A DNA stretch of 12,220 nucleotides from Octopus sinensis (lineage: Eukaryota), in assembly GCF_006345805.1 (NCBI RefSeq), contig NW_021826682.1:1-12220 (forward strand), given 5' to 3'. Both the position numbers and the translations under genes were made by a program. This document shows positions 1 through 8,550 of the stretch, in pieces (the first letter of the stretch is position 1; every line of letters starts with the position of its first letter). The notes under the pieces are model-generated. The model made no database searches. It was not told the DNA's origin and saw nothing but the letters and a program-made list of their open reading frames with translations.

Positions 1-1
1 G

Positions 2-160
2 AATTTCAGCCAATCACGTACCTCAAGGGGAAAATACTGCCACTCTCGTTTAAAAAAGAATTGAGAATTATTACAACAGGATATTTCATTCAGTATGCAT
101 TTCGGATAGAAGCTGGAAGGTGAGACAAAAAATATATATGAGGCAATAGAATATTCAGAT
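2..160 (+). repeat. Diverged direct repeat A, paired with 10756-10911
   Basis: AATTTCAGCCAATCAC...TACTGCCACTC...TTTCGGATAG...GTGAGACAAAAA...CAATAGAAT is colinear in both copies, with many substitutions. Confidence 0.85.
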
Positions 161-388
161 AAGTGGATAAGACTTTTAATTTCTGTATAAAATTTGAAAC
201 TGAAGTAATATTTGGAGTCGGCGTTATAAAGGTAAACCAATTTTTATTACATTTCTTTTAAGAGATATCATTTATATACACACACACATATATATGATTT
301 ATTTTTCCCTCTCTCTCTATCTTTCTATAACTATGCAACTTAATAGAATAATGTTGTTCCTGACAATCATTTGTCGGTGAGCATTTGG

Positions 389-649
389 TTCCAAGCAGCC
401 ATAACGTTGTTACATGCACGTCAGAATTATTATTTAAATATTTGTTTGTCTTGTTCATCCTGTATAAAGACTTATACATAAACACACATGCATAGGCGTG
501 GCTATGTGGTAAGATAGATGGTTCGCAAGCAGATAGATCCAGGTTCAGTTTCACTGCATGGCAATTTGGGAAAGTGTCTTCTACTATAGCCTCGGGCTGA
601 CCAAAGCCGTACGAGTGGATTTGGTAGACGAAAAAACCGAAAGAAGTTC

Positions 650-650
<1 letters not shown>
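389..650 (+). repeat. Diverged direct repeat B (SINE head plus ~105 bp upstream flank), paired with 9758-10015
   Basis: TTCCAAGCA.CCATAACGTTGTTACA...GACTTATACATAAACACACAT.CATAGGCGTGG is shared upstream of both SINE heads. Confidence 0.9.
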
Positions 651-699
<49 letters not shown>

Positions 700-773
700 T
701 ATAAATATATATAATATATATAACATATATAATATATAAATATATATATATATATACATATATAAATATATAT

Positions 774-804
<31 letters not shown>

Positions 805-1070
805 GTTGATGCATAAGTGTGTGTGAGTTTGTTTGTTTGTGTATGTGTGTGTCTGTCTTCGCGACTATGTTTGTTACCCTTTCATAACTTACTGCAGGTT
901 TTAACGCCCCCTCCTTAACATTGCGGTTCGGCAAAAGCGGACAATAAAATAAGTACTTGGCTTACAAAGAATAATCCCTGATGTCAATGTATTGGGCTTA
1001 AAGGCTTATGATATTGTGCTCCAGCATGGACGCAGGCAAATGACTTCAACATGTAAAAGAATTAAAGAAA
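495..1070 (+). mobile_element. tRNA-derived SINE with an internal (TA)n/(GT)n tract, Octopus-like
   Basis: A-box-like TGGCTATGTGG (499-509) and B-box-like GGTTCAGTTTC (542-552), then the body CTACTATAGCCTCGGGCTGACCAAAGCC, the microsatellite, and the tail GCGGTTCGGCAAAAG...GTGCTCCAGCATGG...GTAAAAGAA. The layout matches a SINE I recall from Octopus genomes; not database-verified. Confidence 0.7.
654..853. repeat. (TA)n then (GT)n microsatellite inside the SINE
   Basis: Seen directly. Confidence 0.95.
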
Positions 1071-1084
1071 AAGTATAAACATTG

Positions 1085-1153
1085 ATATATGTGTGTGCTT
1101 ATGTGTGTGTATATATATAAATGCGTATGAATACATATATAAGTATTTATATA

Positions 1154-1186
<33 letters not shown>
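1085..1186. repeat. (TG)n/(TA)n simple repeat abutting the left end of the array
   Basis: Pure TA run at ~1156-1186. Confidence 0.9.
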
Positions 1187-1189
<3 letters not shown>

Positions 1190-1315
1190 CAATTAAGGAA
1201 CGGCCATAATAGGCCATTCACCCACTAGAAATAACAGCCAAAGCTTCTACCGCAAATAAAGATCAATTCCGTTAACAGGAGAAAATTAAAAAAAAAAAAA
1301 AACATTTACCCTGTA

Positions 1316-1422
1316 ATTTCTTGTACGGTATACCGTTTCATTCGCTGTTTAATGGTAAACTAACCTGATTAAATTAAATCAAGCCAATCTTCCATAAGCC
1401 CTCGAATTCTTCAGCAAGAAAT
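1316..1422 (-). ncRNA. Type I hammerhead ribozyme, copy L1
   Basis: Exact reverse complement of the 107-nt consensus HHR (stem I, CUGAAGA, stem II, GAAA, stem III, GUA, stem I'). Confidence 0.85.
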
Positions 1423-1808
1423 AGCTCAAGTCGGAACAGATATTTACACGAGGCATCTCGAACCTTGCCAAGGCAATATCTGACCTAAAATTTTCAAATC
1501 GTCGCACTCGCGCAAAATTATCGGCAGCAATAAAATCAGCCGTCGATTCCATTACGGAATTAACCAAAAAATTCATAATTAATCAATATAGGGTAGCAAG
1601 GAAAATTTTGTAGAAATTTATTGCCACCAGCGGCCTAGTGGGAAAAAAATTAAATAGTCATAGACCATTTTTAAGTTCAACATTAACAATTAAGGAACGG
1701 CCATAATAGGCCATTCACCCACTAGAAATAACAGCCAAAGCTTCTACCGCAAATAAAGATCAATTCCGTTAACAGGAGAAAATTAAAAAAAAAAACATTT
1801 ACCCTGTA

Positions 1809-1914
1809 ATTTCTTGTACGGTATACCGTTTCATTCGCTGTTTAATGGTAACTAACCTGATTAAATTAAATCAAGCCAATCTTCCATAAGCCCTCGAATT
1901 CTTCAGCAAGAAAT
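1809..1914 (-). ncRNA. Type I hammerhead ribozyme, copy L2
   Basis: Core intact; 1-nt deletion in the distal stem II extension. Confidence 0.83.
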
Positions 1915-2304
1915 AGCTCAAGTCGGAACAGATATTTAACGAGGCATCTCGAACCTTGCCAAGGCAATATCTGACCTAAAATTTTCAAATCGTCGCACTC
2001 GCGCCAAATTTATCGGCAGCAAATAAATATCAGCCGTCGATTCCATTACGGAATTAACCAAAAAATTCATAATTAATCAATATAGGGTAGCAAGGAAAAT
2101 TTTGTAGAAATTTATTGCCACCAGCGGCCCAGTGGGAAAAAAATTAAATAGTCATAGACCATTTTTAAGTTCAACATTAACAATTAAGGAACGGCCATAA
2201 TAGGCCATTCACCCACTAGAAATAACAGCCAAAGCTTCTACCGCAAATAAGATCAATTCCGTTAACAGGAGAAAATTAAAAAAAAAAAAAACATTTACCC
2301 TGTA

Positions 2305-2411
2305 ATTTCTTGTACGGTATACCGTTTCATTCGCTGTTTAATGGTAAACTAACCTGATTAAATTAAATCAAGCCAATCTTCCATAAGCCCTCGAATTCTT
2401 CAGCAAGAAAT
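2305..2411 (-). ncRNA. Type I hammerhead ribozyme, copy L3
   Basis: Matches the consensus HHR on the minus strand. Confidence 0.85.
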
Positions 2412-2794
2412 AGCTCAAGTCGGAACAGATATTTACACGAGGCATCTCGAACCTTGCCAAGGCAATATCTGACCTAAAATTTTCAAATCGTCGCACTCGC
2501 GCCAAATTTATCGGCAGCAAATAAATATCAGCCGTCGATTCCATTACGGAATTAACCAAAAAATTCATAATTAATCAATATAGGGTAGCAAGGAAAATTT
2601 TGTAGAAATTTATTGCCACCAGCGGCCCAGTGGGAAAAAAAATAAATAGTCATAGACCATTTTTAGTTCAACATTAACAATTAAGGAACGGCATAATAGG
2701 CCATTCACCCACTAGAAATAACAGCCAAAGCTTCTACCGCAATAAAGATCAATTCCGTTAACAGGAGAAAATTAAAAAAAACATTTACCCTGTA

Positions 2795-2901
2795 ATTTCT
2801 TGTACGGTATACCGTTTCATTCGCTGTTTAATGGTAAACTAACCTGATTAAATTAAATCAAGCCAATCTTCCATAAGCCCTCGAATTCTTCAGCAAGAAA
2901 T
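2795..2901 (-). ncRNA. Type I hammerhead ribozyme, copy L4
   Basis: Matches the consensus HHR on the minus strand. Confidence 0.85.
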
Positions 2902-3284
2902 AGCTCAAGTCGGAACAGATATTTACACGAGGCATCTCGAACTTGCCAAGGCAATATCTGACCTAAAATTTTCAAATCGTCGCACTCGCGCCAAATTTAT
3001 CGGCAGCAAATAAATATCAGCCGTCGATTCCATTACGGAATTAACAAAAAATTCATAATTAATCAATATAGGGTAGCAAGGAAAATTTTCTAGAAATATA
3101 TTGCCACCAGCGGCCCAGTGGGAAAAAAATTAAATAGTCATAGACCATTTTTAAGTTCAACATTAACAATTAAGGAACGGCCATAATAGGCCATTCACCC
3201 ACTAGAAAAACAGCCAAAGCTTCTACCGCAAATAAAGATCAATTCCGTTAACAGGAGAAAATTAAAAAAAACATTTACCCTGTA

Positions 3285-3390
3285 ATTTCTTGTACGGTAT
3301 ACCGTTTCATTCGCTGTTTAATGGTAAACTAACCTGATTAAATTAAATCAAGCCAATCTTCCATAAGCCCTCGAATCTTCAGCAAGAAAT
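3285..3390 (-). ncRNA. Type I hammerhead ribozyme, copy L5 (1-nt deletion at the core/stem II junction)
   Basis: Sense reads CTGAAGATTCG instead of CTGAAGAATTCG; the rest is consensus. Confidence 0.75.
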
Positions 3391-3946
3391 AGCTCAAGTC
3401 GGAACAGATATTTACACGAGGCATCTCGAACCTTGCCAAGGCAATATCTGACCTAAAATTTTCAAATCGTCGCACTCGCGCCAAATTTATCGGCAGCAAA
3501 TAAAAATATCAGCCGTCGATTCCATTACGGAATTAACCAAAAAATTCATAATTAATCAATATAGGGTAGCAAGGAAAATTTTGTAGAAATTTATTGCCAC
3601 CAGCGGCCCAGTGGGAAAAAAATTAAATAGTCATAGACCATTTTTAAGTTCAACATTAACAAATGGCCGTTCCTTAATTGTTAATGTTGAACTGAAAAAT
3701 GGTCTATGACTATTTAATTTTTTTTCCACTGGGCCGCTGGTGGCAATAAATTTCTACAAAATTTTCCTTGCTACCCTATATGATTAATTATGAATTTTTT
3801 GGTTAATTCCGTAATGGAATCGACGGCTGATATTTATTTGCTGCCGATAAATTTGGCGCGAGTGCGACGATTTGAAAATTTTAGGTCAGATATTGCCTTG
3901 GCAAGGTTCGAGATGCCTCGTGTAAATATCTGTTCCGACTTGAGCT

Positions 3947-4053
3947 ATTTCTTGCTGAAGAATTCGAGGGCTTATGGAAGATTGGCTTGATTTAATTTAA
4001 TCAGGTTAGTTTACCATTAAACAGCGAATGAAACGGTATACCGTACAAGAAAT
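3947..4053 (+). ncRNA. Type I hammerhead ribozyme, copy R1 (predicted cleavage after 4045)
   Basis: ATTTCTTG(3947-3954)-CTGAAGA-ATTCG...CGAAT-GAAA-CGG TATA CCG-TA-CAAGAAAT(4046-4053). All three stems close around the conserved core in the correct register. Confidence 0.88.
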
Positions 4054-4439
4054 TACAGGGTAAATGTTTTTTTTAATTTTCTCCTGTTAACGGAATTGAT
4101 CTTTATTTGCGGTAGAAGCTTTGGCTGTTATTTCTAGTGGGTGAATGGCCTATTATGGCCGTTCCTTAATTGTTAATGTTGAACTTAAAAATGGTCTATG
4201 ACTATTTAATTTTTTTCCCACTGGGCCGCTGGTGGCAATAAATTTCTACAAAATTTTCCTTGCTACCCTATATTGATTAATTATGAATTTTTTGGTTAAT
4301 TCCGTAATGGAATCGACGGCTGATATTTATTTGCTGCCGATAAATTTGGCGCGAGTGCGACGATTTGAAAATTTTAGGTCAGATATTGCCTTGGCAAGGT
4401 TCGAGATGCCTCGTGTAAATATCTGTTCCGACTTGAGCT

Positions 4440-4545
4440 ATTTCTTGCTGAAGAATTCGAGGCTTATGGAAGATTGGCTTGATTTAATTTAATCAGGTTA
4501 GTTTACCATTAAACAGCGAATGAAACGGTATACCGTACAAGAAAT
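4440..4545 (+). ncRNA. Type I hammerhead ribozyme, copy R2
   Basis: Core intact; one G missing in the stem II internal loop. Confidence 0.85.
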
Positions 4546-4937
4546 TACAGGGTAAATGTTTTTTTTTTTAATTTTCTCCTGTTAACGGAATTGATCTTTA
4601 TTTGCGGTGGTAGAAGCTTTGGTGTTATTTCTAGTGGGTGAATGGCCTATTATGGCCGTTCCTTAATTGTTATGTTGAACTTAAAAATGGTCTATGACTA
4701 TTTAATTTTTTTCCCACTGGGCCGCTGGTGGCAATAAATTTCTACAAAATTTTCCTTGCTACCCTATATTGATTATTATTATGAATTTTTTGGTTAATTC
4801 CGTAATGGAATCGACGGCTGATATTTATTTGCTGCCGATAAATTTGGCGCGAGTGCGACGATTTGAAAATTTTAGGTCAGATATTGCCTTGGCAAGGTTC
4901 GAGATGCCTCGTGTAAATATCTGTTCCGACTTGAGCT

Positions 4938-5044
4938 ATTTCTTGCTGAAGAATTCGAGGGCTTATGGAAGATTGGCTTGATTTAATTTAATCAGGTTAG
5001 TTTACCATTAAACAGCGAATGAAACGGTATACCGTACAAGAAAT
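4938..5044 (+). ncRNA. Type I hammerhead ribozyme, copy R3
   Basis: Consensus HHR. Confidence 0.87.
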
Positions 5045-5441
5045 TACAGGGTAAATGTTTTTTTTAATTTTCTCCTGTTAACGGAATTGATCTTTATTTG
5101 CGGTAGAAGCTTGCGGTAGAAGCTTTGGCTGTTATTTCTAGTGGGTGAATGGCCTATTATGGCCGTTCCTTAATTGTTAAGTTGAACTTAAAAATGGTCT
5201 ATGACTATTTAATTTTTTTCCCACTGGGCCGCTGGTGGCAATAAATTTCTACAAAATTTTCCTTGCTACCCTATTGATTAATTATGAATTTTTTGGTTAA
5301 TTCCGTAATGGAATCGACGGCTGATATATTATTTGCTGCCGATAAATTTGGCGCGAGTGCGACGATTTGAAAATTTTAGGTCAGATATTGCCTTGGCAAG
5401 GTTCGAGATGCCTCGTGTAAATATCTGTTCCGACTTGAGCT

Positions 5442-5551
5442 ATTTCTTGCTGAAGAATTCGAGGGCTTATGGAAGATTGGCTTGATTTAATTTAATCAGG
5501 TTAGTTTACCATTAAACAGCGAATGAAACGGTATACCGTCGTACAAGAAAT
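5442..5551 (+). ncRNA. Type I hammerhead ribozyme, copy R4 (3-nt duplication at the cleavage site)
   Basis: Reads ...TATACCGTCGTACAAG, a CGT duplication that puts the cleavage site out of register. Confidence 0.65.
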
Positions 5552-5950
5552 TACAGGGTAATGTAAATGTTTTTTTTTTTTTTTAATTTTTTCTCCTGTT
5601 AACGGAATTGATCTTTATTTGCGGTAGAAGCTTTGGCTGTTATTTCTAGTGGGTGAATGGCCTATTATGGCCGTTCCTTAATTGTTAATGTTGAACTTAA
5701 AAATGGTCTATGACTATTTAATTTTTTTCCCACTGGGCCGCTGGTGGCAATAAATTTTACAAAATTTTCCTTGTACCCTATATTGATTAATTATGAATTT
5801 TTTGGTTAATTCCGTAATGGAACCGACGGCTGATATTTATTTGCTGCCGATATAAATTGGCGCGAGTGCGACGATTTGAAAATTTTAGGTCAGATATTGC
5901 CTTGGCAAGGTTCGAGATGCCTCGTGTAAATATCTGTTCCGACTTGAGCT

Positions 5951-6057
5951 ATTTCTTGCTGAAGAATTCGAGGGCTTATGGAAGATTGGCTTGATTTAAT
6001 TTAATCAGGTTAGTTTACCATTAAACAGCGAATGAAACGGTATACCGTACAAGAAAT
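5951..6057 (+). ncRNA. Type I hammerhead ribozyme, copy R5
   Basis: Consensus HHR. Confidence 0.87.
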
Positions 6058-6459
6058 TACAGGGTAAATGTTTTTTTTTTTTTTTTAATTTTCTCCTGTG
6101 TTAACGGAATTGATCTTTATTTGCGGTAGAGAAGCTTGGCTGTTATTTCTAGTGGGTGAATGGCCTATTATGGCCGTTCCTTAATTGTTAATGTTGAACT
6201 AAAAATGGTCTATGACTATTTAATTTTTTTCCACTGGGCCTGGTGCCGCTGGTGGCAATAAATTTCTACAAAATTTTCCTTGCTACCCTATATTGATTAA
6301 TTATGAATTTTTTGGTTAATTCCGTAATGGAACCGACGGCTGATATTTATTTGCTGCCGATAAATTTGGCGCGAGTGCGACGATTTGAAAATTTTAGGTC
6401 AGATATTGCCTTGGCAAGGTTCGAGATGCCTCGTGTAAATATCTGTTCCGACTTGAGCT

Positions 6460-6565
6460 ATTTCTTGCTGAAGAATTCGAGGGCTTATGGAAGATTGGCT
6501 TGATTTAATTTAATCAGGTTAGTTTACCATTAACAGCGAATGAAACGGTATACCGTACAAGAAAT
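6460..6565 (+). ncRNA. Type I hammerhead ribozyme, copy R6
   Basis: Core intact; one A missing in the stem II internal loop. Confidence 0.85.
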
Positions 6566-6960
6566 TACAGGGTAAATGTTTTTTTTTTTTTTTTTAATTT
6601 TCTCCTGTTAACGGAATTGATCTTTATTTGCGGTAGAAGCTTTGGCTGTTATTTCTAGTGGGTGAATGGCCTATTATGGCCGTTCCTTAATTGTTAATGT
6701 TGAACTTAAAAATGGTCTATGACTATTTAATTTTTTTCCCACTGGGCCGCTGGTGGCAATAAATTTCTACAAAATTTTCCTTGCTACCCTATATTGATTA
6801 ATTATGAATTTTTTGGTTAATTCCGTAATGGAATCGACGGCTGATATTTATTTGCTGCCGATAAATTTGGCGCGAGTGCGACGATTTGAAAATTTTAGGT
6901 CAGATATTGCCTTGGCAAGGTTCGAGATGCCTCGTGTAAATATCTGTTCCGACTTGAGCT

Positions 6961-7067
6961 ATTTCTTGCTGAAGAATTCGAGGGCTTATGGAAGATTGGC
7001 TTGATTTAATTTAATCAGGTTAGTTTACCATTAAACAGCGAATGAAACGGTATACCGTACAAGAAAT
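6961..7067 (+). ncRNA. Type I hammerhead ribozyme, copy R7
   Basis: Consensus HHR. Confidence 0.87.
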
Positions 7068-7454
7068 TACAGGGTAAATGTTTTTTTTAATTTTCTCCTG
7101 TTAACGGAATTGATCTTTATTTGCGGTAGAGAAAGCTTTGGCTGTTATTTCTAGTGGGTGAATGGCCTATTATGGCCGTTCCTTAATTGTTAATGTTGAA
7201 CTTAAAAATGGTCTATGACTATTTAATTTTTTTCCCACTGGGCCGCTGGTGGCAAAAATTTCTACAAAATTTTCCTTGCTACCCTATATTGATTAATTAT
7301 GAATTTTTTGGTTAATTCGTAATGGAACCGACGGCTGATATTTATTTGCTGCCGATAAATTTGGCGCGAGTGCGACGATTTGAAAATTTTAGGTCAGATA
7401 TTGCCTTGGCAAGGTTCGAGATGCCTCGTGTAAATATCTGTTCCGACTTGAGCT

Positions 7455-7561
7455 ATTTCTTGCTGAAGAATTCGAGGGCTTATGGAAGATTGGCTTGATT
7501 TAATTTAATCAGGTTAGTTTACCATTAAACAGCGAATGAAACGGTATACCGTACAAGAAAT
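7455..7561 (+). ncRNA. Type I hammerhead ribozyme, copy R8
   Basis: Consensus HHR. Confidence 0.87.
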
Positions 7562-7953
7562 TACAGGGTAAATGTTTTTTTTTTTTTTTAATTTTCTCCT
7601 GTTAACGGAATTGATCTTTATTTGCGGTAGAAGCTTTGGCTGTTATTTCTAGTGGGTGAATGGCCTATTATGGCCGTTCCTTAATTGTTAATGTTGAACT
7701 TAAAAATGGTCTATGACTATTTAATTTTTTTCCCACTGGGCCGCTGGTGGCAATAAATTTCTACAAAATTTTCCTTGCTACCCTATATTGATTAATTATG
7801 AATTTTTTGGTTAATTCCGTAATGGAATCGACGGCTGATATTTATTTGCTGCCGATAAATTTGGCGCGAGTGCGACGATTGAAAATTTTAGGTCAGATAT
7901 TGCCTTGGCAAGGTTCGAGATGCCTCGTGTAAATATCTGTTCCGACTTGAGCT

Positions 7954-8060
7954 ATTTCTTGCTGAAGAATTCGAGGGCTTATGGAAGATTGGCTTGATTT
8001 AATTTAATCAGGTTAGTTTACCATTAAACAGCGAATGAAACGGTATACCGTACAAGAAAT
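7954..8060 (+). ncRNA. Type I hammerhead ribozyme, copy R9
   Basis: Consensus HHR. Confidence 0.87.
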
Positions 8061-8444
8061 TGCAGGGTAAATGTTTTTTTTTTTTCTCCTGTTAACGGAA
8101 TTGATCTTTATTTGCGGTAGAAGCTTTGGCTGTTATTTCTAGTGGGTGAATGGCCTATTATGGCCGTTCCTTAATTGTTAATGTTGAACTTAAAAATGGT
8201 CTATGACTATTTAATTTTTTTCCCACTGGGCCGCTGGTGGCAATAAATTTCTACAAAATTTTCCTTGCTACCCTATATTGATTAATTATGAATTTTTTGG
8301 TTAATTCCGTAATGGAATCGACGGCTGATATTTATTTGCTGCCGATAAATTTGGCGCGAGTGCGACGATTTGAAAATTTTAGGTCAGATATTGCCTTGGC
8401 AAGGTTCGAGATGCCTCGTGTAAATATCTGTTCCGACTTGAGCT

Positions 8445-8550
8445 ATTTCTTGCTGAAGAATTCGAGGGCTTATGGAAGATTGGCTTGATTTAATTTAATC
8501 AGGTTGTTTACCATTAACCAGCGAATGAAACGGTATACCGTACAAGAAAT
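8445..8550 (+). ncRNA. Type I hammerhead ribozyme, copy R10
   Basis: Core intact; 1-nt deletion and one substitution in the stem II extension. Confidence 0.83.

Larger units (their letters stand above)
1185..3662 (-). repeat. Left arm: exactly 5 tandem units, ribozyme sense on the minus strand
   Basis: TTAACAA unit starts recur at 1186, 1683, 2177, 2674, 3163 and 3656, giving periods of 497, 494, 497, 489 and 493 bp. Confidence 0.97.

Noticed and set aside
502-934. ORFs 502-759 and 653-934, and likewise 258-554, 9269-9460, 11295-11567, 11615-11971 and 11865-12113
   Set aside because: These are largely translations of (TA)n, (CA)n or (GA)n microsatellites and SINE sequence (YI, HT, CV and SL runs).
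1186-1682. Second ribozyme of opposite polarity (viroid-like ambisense pair)
   Set aside because: The antisense strand has CTGATTA and CTGACCT but no CUGANGA core with closing stems, and I found no convincing HDV-like or twister motif by eye. A covariance-model search is still advisable.
3737-3750. Primer-binding site TGGTGGCA complementary to a tRNA-Leu 3' end
   Set aside because: The match is only 8 nt, lies inside a hairpin, and has no LTR context.
4067-4074. Poly-T run after the HHR as a Pol III terminator
   Set aside because: The unit has several other T5-T7 runs and no clear A/B boxes, so Pol III transcription of a whole monomer is implausible and the run's role cannot be assigned.
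4146-4160. SfiI cloning-adapter site suggesting a synthetic concatemer
   Set aside because: GGCC-TATTAT-GGCC has a 6-nt spacer whereas SfiI needs 5, and no other vector or adapter sequence is seen.
4120-4170. Helitron 3' end (hairpin plus CTAG)
   Set aside because: CTAG and the GGCC hairpin are present, but array ends do not coincide with CTAG and there is no matching 5' TC terminus.
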